Source: an uncultured Blastocatellia bacterium (GTDB taxonomy: Bacteria > Acidobacteriota > Blastocatellia > HR10). From it: a stretch of 64,000 nt of DNA. Shown piece after piece: positions 10,586 through 21,063 of the stretch; within the stretch, counting starts at the first letter, position 1; each line of letters opens with the position of its first letter. The DNA is taken from NCBI GenBank assembly GCA_937934295.1, contig CALHAI010000018.1, positions 966 through 64,965 of the forward strand, in the 5' to 3' direction. The notes beneath the pieces were generated by a model. The model made no database searches. It was not told the DNA's origin and saw only the letters and a list, made by a program, of their open reading frames with translations. Both the position numbers and the translations under genes were made by a program.

Positions 10586-13300
10586 TCACTCCAGGACGGC
10601 GGCGAGTTCCGTGACGGCTGCTTGTGCGGCGGCCAAAATGGCGATGGGCACGCGGTATGGCGAGCAGCTGACATAGTCCAGGCCGATGCGGTGGCAGAAC
10701 TCGATGGAACTCGGTTCGCCCCCGTGCTCGCCGCAGATGCCCGTCTTCAAATTCGCGCGCACGGCGCGCCCGCGTTCGACGCCCATCTTCATGAGTTCGC
10801 CCACGCCCGCGCGATCGAGGATGAGGAAGGGATCGGTTTCCAAGATCCCTCGACTCATATATGCCTCGATGACAGCCACCGTATCGTCGCGGGAGAAGCC
10901 GAAGGTCATTTGCGTGAGATCGTTCGTGCCGAAGCTGAAGAACTCGGCCGAGCGCGCGATCTCACCGGCCAGGAGCGCGGCGCGCGGCAGCTCGAGCATC
11001 GTCCCGACGAGATACGAGACCTGGACGCCCATTCCTCTCATGACCTCTCGCGCCACACGGTCGATGATCTCGCGTTGCGCCTCAAACTCCCGCGCGATGC
11101 CGACAAGCGGCACCATGATCTCGGGCACCACGCGAACGCCCTCGCGGGCGACTTGGCATGCGGCCTCGAAGATCGCGCGCACCTGCATCTCAGTGATCTC
11201 CGGGTAGAGGATCCCGAGCCGGCAGCCGCGCAGTCCAAGCATGGGATTGAATTCGTACAATTCCTCGACGCGCGCCAGCAGTCGCTCCTTCTCCTCCACG
11301 CCTTCGATCTCCCCCTTCGCTCGCAGGACGGCGATCTCCACCATGAGCTGCTCGCGTTTGGGGAGGAATTCATGCAGCGGTGGATCGAGCAATCGGATCG
11401 TGACCGGATACCCATCCATGACGCGGAAGATCGCCGCGAAGTCCTCACGCTGCATGGGAAGCAAGCGCGCGAGCGCTTCACGCCGTTCCGCTTCCGTGCT
11501 GGCGAGGATCATCGCCTGCATGTGGGGGAGACGATCCGGGGCGAAGAACATGTGCTCGGTGCGCGCCAGGCCGATCCCCTCAGCCCCGAAAGCGCGCGCC
11601 AAGCGAGCGTCTTCCGGCGTATCGGCGTTGGCGCGGACGCCGAGCCGTTTGACCTCGCGAGCCGTGTCCATCACCCGCTTGAAGTACTGATAGGTCTTCG
11701 ACTGCTCCGGCTCCAGCTCTCCGTCCAGGACGCGCAAGATCTCCGACTTGACCCGAGGTACGTCGCCCAGCAGGATCTCGCCCGTCGTCCCATCAATGGA
11801 GATGGGGTCGCCCTCGCGCAGCAGCACATCGTCTAGGCGCGCTATGCCCGCCTCTTCGTCAATGGTGAGCGCGCTGCAGCCGACGACGGCCGGCTTGCCC
11901 ATCTGGCGTCCGACGACGGCCGCGTGTGAGGTAGCGCCGCCGCGAGCCGTCAGGAACCCCTCTGACGCTTGCATGCCGGCGATGTCATCGGGCGAGGTCT
12001 CCATTCGCACGAGCACGACCCGTTCTCCCTGTCGCCGCATCTCGACCGCACGACGCGCCGTGAACGCGATGCGTCCGGCCGCCGCGCCCGGAGAAGACGC
12101 CAACCCCCGACCAATGACGCGAAACTCCTTCCGTTTCGCGGGATCGAACGTGGGGTGAAGGAGCTGGTTCAACGTGGGCGCCTCGATGAGCCGCAGCGAT
12201 TCTTCCGGCGTCACCAGTCCCTCGTCCACCATGTCACAGGCGATGCGAATGGCCGCCAAACCCGTGCGCTTAGCGCTTCGCGTCTGCAGCATGAAGAGCT
12301 GCCCCTCTTGAACGGTGAACTCGAAATCTTGCACATCGCGATAATGGCGTTCGAGGCGTTCGGCGATCTCCTCCAGTTGCCGGTAGACGTTCGGGAGGAT
12401 CTCGCGCAGCTCCTGCAAGGGGAGCGGCGTCCGAATCCCGGCGACGACGTCCTCACCTTGCGCATTCGGCAGGAATTCTCCGAACAGCTCCTTCTCCCCA
12501 GTTGCCGGATTGCGCGTGAAGCCGACACCGGAGCCGCTCGTCTCGCCCATATTGCCGAAGACCATCGCCTGGACGTTCACGGCCGTCCCCAAATCGTGCG
12601 GGATACCGTGAATCTGCCGATACGTGATCGCCCGCTCATTGTTCCACGAGCGAAAGACGGCATCGCGCGCCTGCCGCAGTTGCTCCTGCGGGTCTTCGGG
12701 AAAATCCCGCCCCGTCTCCTCGGTGATGAGGCGTTTGAACTCCTGCACCAGCTCCTTGAGAGCCTCGGCCGTCAACTCCGTATCGTGCCGCACGCCCCGC
12801 GCCTGCTTCTTCGCCTCGAGCACTTCCTCGAACTTCCTCTTCTCGATGCCGAGGACGACGTTGCCGAACATCTGGAGGAACCGGCGATAGCAATCGTAGG
12901 CGAAGCGGGGATTCTGCGTACGGCGAGCCAGGGCTTGGACAGTCACATCGTTCAAGCCGAGATTCAAGATCGTGTCCATCATCCCCGGCATACTGAACTT
13001 CGCGCCGGAGCGCACCGAGACCAAAAGCGGTCGCTCCGGATCTCCCAGTCGCTCCCCGCGCACTTCCTCCAACCGCCGAAGCGCGCTCTGAATCTCCTCC
13101 TCGATCTCCGCCGGCAAGTAGCCTTCGTTTTCATAGAAGATGCGACATGCCTCAGTCGTGATCGTGAATCCCGGAGGGACCGGCAGCCCCGCATTGGTCA
13201 TCTCCGCGAGCCCCGCTCCCTTCCCTCCCAAGAGGTCCTTCAAACGCGCCGAACCTTCCGCCTGGCCATTCCCGAAGAAATAGACATACTTTTTCCCCAT
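10586..13300 (-). CDS. ppdK: pyruvate, phosphate dikinase
   Basis: LLGGKGAGL, SVRSGA, GGATSHAAVV, GTNDLTQ, CGEHGG; start at MGKKYVY after an SD. Confidence 0.97.
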   Translation of the reverse strand: MGKKYVYFFGNGQAEGSARLKDLLGGKGAGLAEMTNAGLPVPPGFTITTEACRIFYENEGYLPAEIEEEIQSALRRLEEVRGERLGDPERPLLVSVRSGAKFSMPGMMDTILNLGLNDVTVQALARRTQNPRFAYDCYRRFLQMFGNVVLGIEKRKFEEVLEAKKQARGVRHDTELTAEALKELVQEFKRLITEETGRDFPEDPQEQLRQARDAVFRSWNNERAITYRQIHGIPHDLGTAVNVQAMVFGNMGETSGSGVGFTRNPATGEKELFGEFLPNAQGEDVVAGIRTPLPLQELREILPNVYRQLEEIAERLERHYRDVQDFEFTVQEGQLFMLQTRSAKRTGLAAIRIACDMVDEGLVTPEESLRLIEAPTLNQLLHPTFDPAKRKEFRVIGRGLASSPGAAAGRIAFTARRAVEMRRQGERVVLVRMETSPDDIAGMQASEGFLTARGGATSHAAVVGRQMGKPAVVGCSALTIDEEAGIARLDDVLLREGDPISIDGTTGEILLGDVPRVKSEILRVLDGELEPEQSKTYQYFKRVMDTAREVKRLGVRANADTPEDARLARAFGAEGIGLARTEHMFFAPDRLPHMQAMILASTEAERREALARLLPMQREDFAAIFRVMDGYPVTIRLLDPPLHEFLPKREQLMVEIAVLRAKGEIEGVEEKERLLARVEELYEFNPMLGLRGCRLGILYPEITEMQVRAIFEAACQVAREGVRVVPEIMVPLVGIAREFEAQREIIDRVAREVMRGMGVQVSYLVGTMLELPRAALLAGEIARSAEFFSFGTNDLTQMTFGFSRDDTVAVIEAYMSRGILETDPFLILDRAGVGELMKMGVERGRAVRANLKTGICGEHGGEPSSIEFCHRIGLDYVSCSPYRVPIAILAAAQAAVTELAAVLE

Positions 13301-13373
13301 ATTCCCTCCCTCTCGGCAAAGATCCTTCTCCGGATTTCGAGGGCATGCCCATCTCCTCCCGTGCCCTCGAAAT

Positions 13374-14111
13374 TCAAACATCCAATAATAGCTTGGTCTT
13401 CAACTCACGTTCAAGAACGTCGCGAAGGAGTTGCGTGAGCAGACGGTGGAGGTGAATCGCTTCTTTCGGCGTCGGAAGGGAGGCCCATTCGCTTGGGGGG
13501 CGCTTGAGCATCTCCGCGAAAAGGCGACGGAGCGACGTCGGGACCATATGCCCGCCTAAGGCCGGGCCGCATCGCTCGCACCGAGGAGCTCCGTCCCGAG
13601 CGATCCATATGGGCGCCTCAGGGCGGAACGCTCTCCCACAGGCAGCGCACGCCTCCAAGGGGGCGAAGAAGCCCCCGAGCTTCAGCATCCACGTCTCGAA
13701 ATAAGCGGCCAGCGCCGGAAGCGATGCGCCTTGAAGGAATGCGTCGCGCGTCGCTCGAATCAACCGATAGACGGAAGGATGAAGCTCCGCCGGAGGCTGC
13801 AACGCGTCCACCAGTTCAGCCACATGATGAAGAAAGGCTTCACCTTCAGGCGTCGCCGCACGCTCGAAAGGGGAGCAGAGGAGCTCGCACCGCCTCAGAG
13901 TGACAAGCTCTCGCGATTCTTTCTCGTAAAAGGAGATGAAGATCTCCGAAAGCGGTTCCAAGCAGGCGCCGAATCGGCTCTTCGGCCGACGCGCTCCTCG
14001 AGCGACGGCGCGGATCTTCCCATAGAAATGCGTGAAGAGGACGACGATCTTATCCGCCTCCGCGAGCGGATAGGTCATCAGGACGAATGCCTCGCTCTCC
14101 CTAATCGCCAT
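13374..14111 (-). CDS. recO: DNA repair protein RecO
   Basis: EADKIV..FT..GK.RAVARGARRPKSRF OB-fold motif; C4 zinc finger (CAACG...CERC). Confidence 0.92.
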   Translation of the reverse strand: MAIRESEAFVLMTYPLAEADKIVVLFTHFYGKIRAVARGARRPKSRFGACLEPLSEIFISFYEKESRELVTLRRCELLCSPFERAATPEGEAFLHHVAELVDALQPPAELHPSVYRLIRATRDAFLQGASLPALAAYFETWMLKLGGFFAPLEACAACGRAFRPEAPIWIARDGAPRCERCGPALGGHMVPTSLRRLFAEMLKRPPSEWASLPTPKEAIHLHRLLTQLLRDVLERELKTKLLLDV

Positions 14112-14171
14112 CGCCGTAAATCCTCGGCTCGCGCGCTCGAAGAGCCGCCGCTCCACCTTCGCTTCGTCGAG

Positions 14172-14201
14172 TTGACAGCCAAGCCTTCCACCCAGTAAGC
14201 T
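14172..14201 (+). promoter_or_regulatory. sigma70-type promoter of tRNA-Phe
   Basis: TTGACA-N18-TAAGCT, 15 nt upstream of the tRNA. Confidence 0.6.
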
Positions 14202-14216
14202 CTAGGTTGCGTATGT

Positions 14217-14292
14217 GGCCAGGTAGCTCAGTCGGTAGAGCAGGGGACTGAAAATCCCTGTGTCGGCGGTTCGATTCCGTCCCTGGCCACCA
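14217..14292 (+). tRNA. tRNA-Phe (GAA)
   Basis: GGCCAGG acceptor stem, TAGCTCAGTCGGTAGAGC D arm, CTGAAAA anticodon loop, GTTCGATTC T arm, encoded CCA; 76 nt. Confidence 0.97.
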
Positions 14293-14387
14293 CGGTCCCC
14301 CTATCCCATCTCCTTCTCTCGCCACATGGCGCCGGGGAAATGGTGATGAGTCCAGACGGGTCTTCACGCTCCCTCAGACCGTGCGAC

Positions 14388-16628
14388 TCACGGGCCGAGA
14401 TATTCGGGGAGGACGTTCTGCCAGATGGCTTCGAGTTCGCGGACCTGGGCATTGATGGCCATCTTCCCATCAATCGTCACTCTGAAGTGAGATCCTCCGA
14501 CGCGCCCGAGAACGGCATAAGGGATGCGGAACTCCCGGGCGATGCTCTCCAGCGTCGCCAGGTGCTCGGGTTCGATCGTCACGAGGATGCGCGAGGGGGT
14601 CTCGCTGAACAGGAGCGAGATCGGCGAGCAGACGCCTTCGGTCGTCAGGACGAGATCGGCGCCGATGGCCTCCCGCCGATGACTGGAGAAGCAGCATTCC
14701 AGGAGCGCGATGGCCAGGCCTCCATCGGAACAATCGTGCGCGGACTTGATGATCCCTTCGGCAATGGCCGTCAAGCACGCGCGCTGAACCGCGCGCTCCA
14801 GATGGAGATCGAGCCTCGGCGCATCTCCCCCAACGAGCCCATGCATCCAGGCCAGGTATTCGCTGCCGCCTAAGTCATCGCCCGTGCGACCGAGCAGGAC
14901 GATGAGATCGCCTTCGGCTTTGAACCACGGTGTGATCGGCAACGGATGACGATTCCGCCGCTCGGCGTTCCCGTGATTCGCCGGGAAGTAGTTCAACCCC
15001 TCGATCACACCGAGCATGCCGATGACGGGCGTTGGGTAGATGCCGCGCCCTTCGGTCTCGTTATAGAAACTCACGTTCCCTCCGGTCACCGGCGTCTCGA
15101 AGACCGCGCACGCTTCGGCCATCCCATCAATGACCTCACTGAACGCCCACATGACTTCAGGATGCTCTGGGGAGGCGAAGTTCAAACAATTGGTGCACGC
15201 GATGGGGAGGGCACCCGTCACGACGAGATTGCGGCAGGCTTCGGCGACGGCCAATTGAGCGCCGGCGCGCGGGTTCAGATAGCAATAGCGTCCATTGCCA
15301 TCGAGCGTCAGGGCAATCGCCTTGCGCGTCTCCTTGATCCGCAGGACGGCGGCGTCGGCCCCAGGCAGGAGGATCGTGTTCGTTCGCACCATGTGATCGT
15401 ACTGGCGATAGATCCACTGTTTCGAGGCGAGGTTCGGAGAACGCAACATCTGGCGAAGCACCTCTTCAAGCGGTGCTGGCTCGGCGTGAATGCGGTCCCA
15501 CTCCACATCGTCTCCTGTCTCCGCTCGCTTCATCGGTCGGTGATAGACGGGGGCCTCTTCGGCCAGAAGTCGAGCGGGGAGATCGGCGACGAGGTGCCCT
15601 TGATGGAACACGCGCAATCGGCCATCGTCAGTCACGCGGCCGATCTCGACGGCGTCCAACCCCCATTTCGTGAAGACCTCCTTCACCTCCCGCTCATGGC
15701 CGGCGCGAACGATGAGCAGCATGCGCTCTTGCGATTCCGAGAGGAGGATCTCATAGGCGGACATGCCGACTTCACGCTGCGGCACGCGATCAAGATCGAG
15801 TTCGATGCCCGTGTGAGCACGTGCGCTCATCTCGCAACTGGCGCACGTCAGGCCCGCGGCGCCCAGGTCTTGGAGGCCCACGATGGCATTGGTGCGCAGA
15901 GCTTCCAGACACGCCTCCAGAAGCAGTTTCTCCAGGAACGGATCGCCCACTTGAACGGCCGGGCGCTGCTCCAAGGCCGATTGCGTGAACTCGGCCGAGG
16001 CCATGCGGGCTCCGTGAATGCCGTCTCGCCCGGTCTTAGCGCCGACATAGAGGACCGTGTTGCCAGGGCCACTGGCGCGCGCGTAGCAGATCTGCTCGCG
16101 CCTCGCCAGGCCAACGGCCATGGCGTTCACCAAAGGGTTACGCGCGTAGCACTCGGCGAAGAAGACCTCGCCACCGACGGTAGGAACGCCAAAGCAGTTC
16201 CCATAATCGGCGATGCCGCGCACGACGCCGTCCATGATCGCGCGATTGCGGGGGTCCGTGAGCGGACCAAATCGCAGCGAATCCAGAACAGCAATGGGAC
16301 GCGCGCCCATTGTGAAGATGTCGCGCAAGATTCCGCCGACACCCGTCGCCGCCCCTTGATATGGTTCGATGAAGCTCGGGTGATTGTGCGACTCGATCTT
16401 GAAGACGATGCACCAGCCGTCGCCGATATCCACGACTCCGGCATTCTCGCCCGGCCCTTGAAGGACGCGAGGTCCCGACGTCGGCAAGCGTCGCAGGTGC
16501 ACTTTCGAGGATTTGTACGAACAATGCTCCGACCACATGGCCGCGAGCATCCCCACTTCCACGGGATTCGGCTCCCGGCCCAATCGCTCGATGATCCGCG
16601 CATACTCCTCTGGTGTGAGATCGCTCAT
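14388..16628 (-). CDS. purL: phosphoribosylformylglycinamidine synthase subunit PurL (small type)
   Basis: [32 protein letters not shown]; true start MSDLTPEEY. Confidence 0.96.
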   Translation of the reverse strand: MSDLTPEEYARIIERLGREPNPVEVGMLAAMWSEHCSYKSSKVHLRRLPTSGPRVLQGPGENAGVVDIGDGWCIVFKIESHNHPSFIEPYQGAATGVGGILRDIFTMGARPIAVLDSLRFGPLTDPRNRAIMDGVVRGIADYGNCFGVPTVGGEVFFAECYARNPLVNAMAVGLARREQICYARASGPGNTVLYVGAKTGRDGIHGARMASAEFTQSALEQRPAVQVGDPFLEKLLLEACLEALRTNAIVGLQDLGAAGLTCASCEMSARAHTGIELDLDRVPQREVGMSAYEILLSESQERMLLIVRAGHEREVKEVFTKWGLDAVEIGRVTDDGRLRVFHQGHLVADLPARLLAEEAPVYHRPMKRAETGDDVEWDRIHAEPAPLEEVLRQMLRSPNLASKQWIYRQYDHMVRTNTILLPGADAAVLRIKETRKAIALTLDGNGRYCYLNPRAGAQLAVAEACRNLVVTGALPIACTNCLNFASPEHPEVMWAFSEVIDGMAEACAVFETPVTGGNVSFYNETEGRGIYPTPVIGMLGVIEGLNYFPANHGNAERRNRHPLPITPWFKAEGDLIVLLGRTGDDLGGSEYLAWMHGLVGGDAPRLDLHLERAVQRACLTAIAEGIIKSAHDCSDGGLAIALLECCFSSHRREAIGADLVLTTEGVCSPISLLFSETPSRILVTIEPEHLATLESIAREFRIPYAVLGRVGGSHFRVTIDGKMAINAQVRELEAIWQNVLPEYLGP

Positions 16629-16751
16629 ATCCTCCGCGCCATTGATGAGGATCGCTCCAAGGGCGAGATTATAGCGGAAATCTTGACCGGGCCAAAGTCG
16701 TGCGCTAATTTTCATCTCCTCGAAAAGGTTCACGATTCCGGAGGACGCGTG

Positions 16752-17312
16752 ATGATACAAGCGACGCGTATTCGACGCGGGATGATCATCATTCACGAGG
16801 GCGATCCGTGTCTGGTCCTCGACTTTCGGCATGTGACGCCGGGGAACTGGCGCGCGATGGTGCAGACGAAGCTCCGAAATCTGCGGACGGGGATCTCGTT
16901 CGAGCACCGCTTCCGCTCGACCGATACGGTGGAGAAGGCCGTCCTGGAGGAACAAGAATTCGAGTACCTTTACCATGATGGGACGAGCTACCACTTCATG
17001 AACACGGAGACCTTCGAGCAAATCGCATTGGATGAGGAAGTCCTGGGCGATGCCGTGAAGTTCCTCGTCCCGAATCTGTGTCTCAAGGTCGTCTTCTACC
17101 AGGGGAAGCCGATGGGCGTCGAATTGCCCCCGACCGTGGATCTCCGCGTCGTCGAGACGGAGCCCAGTGTGAAGGGGGCGACCGTGACGGCCGTCAACAA
17201 ACCGGCGACGTTGGAGACGGGATTGGTCATCCAGGTCCCTCCCTTTGTCGAGCCGGGCGATCTCGTCCGCGTGGACACGGCTGAAGGGACCTATCTCGAG
17301 CGCGTGAAGTGA
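16752..17312 (+). CDS. efp: elongation factor P
   Basis: [41 protein letters not shown]; C-terminal part of the 14946..17312 ORF. Confidence 0.95.
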   Translation: MIQATRIRRGMIIIHEGDPCLVLDFRHVTPGNWRAMVQTKLRNLRTGISFEHRFRSTDTVEKAVLEEQEFEYLYHDGTSYHFMNTETFEQIALDEEVLGDAVKFLVPNLCLKVVFYQGKPMGVELPPTVDLRVVETEPSVKGATVTAVNKPATLETGLVIQVPPFVEPGDLVRVDTAEGTYLERVK

Positions 17313-17315
17313 TCC

Positions 17316-19865
17316 TCATGTCCGAACGCGGAAGAGGAGGTAGAGGCCGAGGGCCAACAGCAATCCGTTCGGACTCCACGCGGCCACTTGGGGAGAGAAA
17401 TACTCGTACCGTCCTAATTGTTCGAAGAGACCCAGGGTGAGCCAGTAGAGCAAACCGATCGTGATTCCGAGACCGATCGCGTGGCGGGCACCTTTCCGAC
17501 CGAAGGTCACGCCGAAGGGGATGCCGAAGAGCGCCATGATGAGGACGGCAGCGGCATTGGCTGATCGTCGTTCCACGGCGATGCGCAGGTCCGTGGGATC
17601 GAGCCCGCGTTCGGCGAGGGCGTGAATCTGCGCGCGCAATTGTCGGGATGTCATGGCCTCCGGTTTTCGGAGCGGCGGCACCAGGAGCGCCGATCCGCTC
17701 TCATCCCTGAGCCAGAGATGGTCGAAATGTCGTTCGGAGCGAAGATGAGCGCCCTCGAATTCCCAAACGGAGACGCGCGAGAGATACCACGCCGCGCGCG
17801 CTTCATCCCACTGAGCGAACTCGGCCTCCAGACGACGGCGCACGAGGAAGCGATCGGGGGAGAAGTCGAGAAGCAAGGGAGCACTGAGGCGTCGCGCCGT
17901 GCGATCGAGGGAAGCAAAGTGCAGGATGCGCTGAGGGAATCGGACGTGACTTCGAGGAGTGGGGCTGGCCATTACGGGCGAACCCGATGCCTCGGGCGGA
18001 AGTCCGGCGATCGTCTCCTCCGACCAGAGGACCATCCAATTCGCCACTGAGGAGGCGGCAGGGAGTTCGACGGCCGAAGGGAAGCGCCCCTTTTTGATGT
18101 AAAAGCGCAGGAGCTCCTGCCGCGCATTCGCCTCCGGTACGACGCGCTCTTGCCAGATGGCGACGACACCCGCCAGGAGGGCGCTCGCGATGAGAATGGG
18201 CGCTGCCGCGCGGGGGATCGAGACGCCGGTGGCTCGCAGAGCCGTGAGTTCCCCCGATTGGCTCAAGATGCTCATGCTCACCAACGCCGCCATCAACGCT
18301 GTGGGGGGGGCGAGGTAACTGAGCACCGAGGGCGTGAGGTAGACGAGATATTCGGCCACGAAGCGAGCCGGGATTTGATTCAGGAGGATGTCCGACGATA
18401 GCTCGAAGACCGTGAAGATGATGAAGAGCGTCCAAAGGCCGACGAGGATCGTCAGGTAGAGGCTGAGGAATCGGAGAGCGATGTACCGATCGCTGATCGA
18501 GAAGCGGAGGACGAATTCGGCCACCGATCCGAGGCCGTCGAGAGTGAAGGGAGCCGACTTCGCGCGCGGGCGGAAGAAGCGATATAGGCGGTGAAGCATC
18601 TGCTGCTCGAGCTGCTGCGCGCGGATCCGCAGCGCGTCCCAAGTGAGGGCGAGCCGGGTGCGGAATGGGGGAGCCGTCGTCGAGGTCAACCGGAGCCGCT
18701 CAGCCATTCGCTCGAGCGTTCGAGCCAGGGAGAAGCGCTCCGATAATCGGAGGACGCTGTAACTCGCCATAACGGCGTTCCCCAGCCACAGGGCTATGGG
18801 GGGAGGGAGGCGTCCGGCGCGGGCCAGGTTCTCACCACCGAGCAACATCAGGTAGTACGCCGCTGCCAGCAGGATACTGAGCCAGAAGCCGTAGCTGCGT
18901 CCGCCGCGCCGACGGGTCGTCCCTAAGGCGACGCCCACGGCGACGAGGACGAGTGGGGAGACGCCCACGGCGGCGCGCTTGTGAAACTCCGTGAGGGCTC
19001 GCCGACCAAGGAGCGGATCATGCCGCGCGGCCCACAGCTCGGGAAGCCTCAGCTCTTGAATCTTCCTCCTCGCTGGGGAAGCACCGGCTTCCAGCTCCGT
19101 TCGCAGTTGCTCGGCCTCCCGTGATTGCGCGTCAAAACGAAGCGTCGTGCGCTCGAACGTTTCTACCTCGTAACGAGGACCGCTGTCGGTATGACGGCGT
19201 CGGTGGATGACGCCATCGTACAGGATCAGGTGCGCATTGTCGGGCGCCTTCCCAAGCTCCAAGCGACCGCACGCGGCTGTGATGAGCGTTAGACCGGAAG
19301 GGGCATTCGGATCGGCGTTCTGCCCTTCGATGGCGAGAAAGAGGTGATGCCACAAATTCGCCTGCCGATCCACCTCGCCAATATAGAGAACCGTGCCCAC
19401 GAACCGATTCTCGAAGACGCGCGGCTTCACCTGTAGGCGAATCCCTTGTAGGATGAGCTCCGCTCGAACCTCCTTTACGCGGCGCATCGCCTGTGGCATA
19501 TCGAAGGCTGCGAGGTAAAAGGTCACAGCGCTCGCCGGAAGAGCCAGCAGGAGCAACGGAACGAGAAGATGGCGTCGACCGATCCCGCTCGTGAACAAAA
19601 TCATCAGCTCGTGATCGCCGTGCAAACGGCCGAGTCCGGTCATCACGGCGACCAGAAGCGAGAGCGGAAGGGTGAGCACGAGGATTCGCGGGATGAGGGA
19701 GACGAGCAGCGTCCGCACGAGCGTCGGCGGAACATCGCGCTTCACGAACAATTCGGCGAACTCGGCCATTTGGCTAGCAAGCACCAGAACCGTGAGGACG
19801 AGGAGGGCGAGCAGGAAGTAGGGGATGATCTCGGCCAGAAGATACCGCTCGATTCGCCACATCAT
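17316..19865 (-). CDS. lptFG: fused LptF-LptG LPS export permease
   Basis: Two tandem YjgP/YjgQ-type units (RYL...ELMILFTSGIG; DRYI...ELTALRATGVS) in one 849-aa ORF. Confidence 0.88.
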   Translation of the reverse strand: MMWRIERYLLAEIIPYFLLALLVLTVLVLASQMAEFAELFVKRDVPPTLVRTLLVSLIPRILVLTLPLSLLVAVMTGLGRLHGDHELMILFTSGIGRRHLLVPLLLLALPASAVTFYLAAFDMPQAMRRVKEVRAELILQGIRLQVKPRVFENRFVGTVLYIGEVDRQANLWHHLFLAIEGQNADPNAPSGLTLITAACGRLELGKAPDNAHLILYDGVIHRRRHTDSGPRYEVETFERTTLRFDAQSREAEQLRTELEAGASPARRKIQELRLPELWAARHDPLLGRRALTEFHKRAAVGVSPLVLVAVGVALGTTRRRGGRSYGFWLSILLAAAYYLMLLGGENLARAGRLPPPIALWLGNAVMASYSVLRLSERFSLARTLERMAERLRLTSTTAPPFRTRLALTWDALRIRAQQLEQQMLHRLYRFFRPRAKSAPFTLDGLGSVAEFVLRFSISDRYIALRFLSLYLTILVGLWTLFIIFTVFELSSDILLNQIPARFVAEYLVYLTPSVLSYLAPPTALMAALVSMSILSQSGELTALRATGVSIPRAAAPILIASALLAGVVAIWQERVVPEANARQELLRFYIKKGRFPSAVELPAASSVANWMVLWSEETIAGLPPEASGSPVMASPTPRSHVRFPQRILHFASLDRTARRLSAPLLLDFSPDRFLVRRRLEAEFAQWDEARAAWYLSRVSVWEFEGAHLRSERHFDHLWLRDESGSALLVPPLRKPEAMTSRQLRAQIHALAERGLDPTDLRIAVERRSANAAAVLIMALFGIPFGVTFGRKGARHAIGLGITIGLLYWLTLGLFEQLGRYEYFSPQVAAWSPNGLLLALGLYLLFRVRT

Positions 19866-21058
19866 AGATGTAAGGTTTGAGACGCGTTCGCCGGATGAAC
19901 GTCACCGACCGCCTCCAGGCGTTCGCTCAAGATCAACGCGCGACGGTTCCCTTTCCATCGGACGAGGGAGAGCGCCGTCGCCGCATCCTCGAATCGGAAG
20001 GCATCGTGCTCGAACGGGTTGATGCGGATCACCGGGCGCGTCGGGAGAGCGGCCAAGAAGGAATACTCGCGGATGAAGAGGGGAAGGGCATCGGTGGGCG
20101 AGAACGCGAAGGCATGCACGTAGGGGAGGGGGAGAAGCAGGGGACGATTGGGCGGGATGATGTCTTCAAGGTTCACGCCCGTCTCTTCTCGAACCTCTCG
20201 AAGGGCCGCGTCAGCGGGTGATTCGCCGGGTTCGATCAATCCCGTGACGGGTTGCCAGAATCCGCCCTCGCGCTCGGTGCGTTTCAAGAGGAGATACTTC
20301 CCCTCCGGCGTGCGGAGGAGCACTTGAACGGATTCGGCCTCAATGGGACGCTCGACCAGATGGCGATCGAAGACATCTTGAAACTGAACGAGCAGGCGCT
20401 CCTGCACCAGTCCCATCGGGACGGGGGCGCCAAGGAGCCTCGCCATCGAGGTCATCCGCACGTCCGGCAGCCCACAAGGGATGATGAGATCGAAGAAGCG
20501 AAGGTCCGTGTTGACATTGAGGGCCACCCCGTGCGTCGTGACCCAATGGGAGAGATGAACGCCTATGGAGGCGATCTTCTCGCCTCCCGCCCAAACACCC
20601 GTCTGTCCGGGGATTCGTTCGGCCGAGATCCCAAAGTCCTCGAGCGTGCGAATGATGACCTCCTCCAAATCGCGCAAGTATCGGTGGACGTCGCGACGGC
20701 GCCCAAGAAGTTTCAGGATCGGATAGACGACGAGTTGTCCCGGCCCGTGATAAGTGACCGCTCCCCCGCGATCCGTCTCATAGTGCTCCACGTCATAGCC
20801 AGCGAGCACCTGGGGACTGACGCGGAAGTGATCGTTCACGTTCGCACTCAGATGACGCGTCCTTCGCCCAATGGTCACCACATGTGGATGTTCGAGCAGG
20901 AGCAGCTGATCGGGAATGAGATCGGCCTTCCGGGCCGCCGCCAGGAGAGATTGGGCTTGGAGGCCATCTTCGTACTCGACCAGTCCCAGTCGTCGGACAT
21001 GGCACGCGAGCGCGTCGGCGGGGTTCATCCGGTCATCCGGTCGGTCGCGGGCCGTCAT
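19862..21058 (-). CDS. lipB: lipoyl(octanoyl) transferase fused to a C-terminal NUDIX (NudB-like) domain
   Basis: LLEHPHVVT.G, RGG.VTYHGPGQLV.YP, KIASIG, IIPCG; then WQPVTG...AALREVREETG Nudix box. Confidence 0.88.
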   Translation of the reverse strand: MTARDRPDDRMNPADALACHVRRLGLVEYEDGLQAQSLLAAARKADLIPDQLLLLEHPHVVTIGRRTRHLSANVNDHFRVSPQVLAGYDVEHYETDRGGAVTYHGPGQLVVYPILKLLGRRRDVHRYLRDLEEVIIRTLEDFGISAERIPGQTGVWAGGEKIASIGVHLSHWVTTHGVALNVNTDLRFFDLIIPCGLPDVRMTSMARLLGAPVPMGLVQERLLVQFQDVFDRHLVERPIEAESVQVLLRTPEGKYLLLKRTEREGGFWQPVTGLIEPGESPADAALREVREETGVNLEDIIPPNRPLLLPLPYVHAFAFSPTDALPLFIREYSFLAALPTRPVIRINPFEHDAFRFEDAATALSLVRWKGNRRALILSERLEAVGDVHPANASQTLHL

Positions 21059-21063
21059 GGACC

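Noticed and set aside
14293-14387. Possible island at the tRNA-Phe 3' end
   Set aside because: purL follows within 100 bp; no integrase or duplicated tRNA end.
14940-15000. Short insertion in PurL ([17 protein letters not shown])
   Set aside because: Too short for an intein and no repeat structure; probably a variable loop.
14388-17312. Apparent overlap of an 877-aa PurL ORF and a 788-aa ORF ending in EF-P
   Set aside because: ORF-caller extensions; the real starts (16628 and 16752) are divergent and do not overlap.
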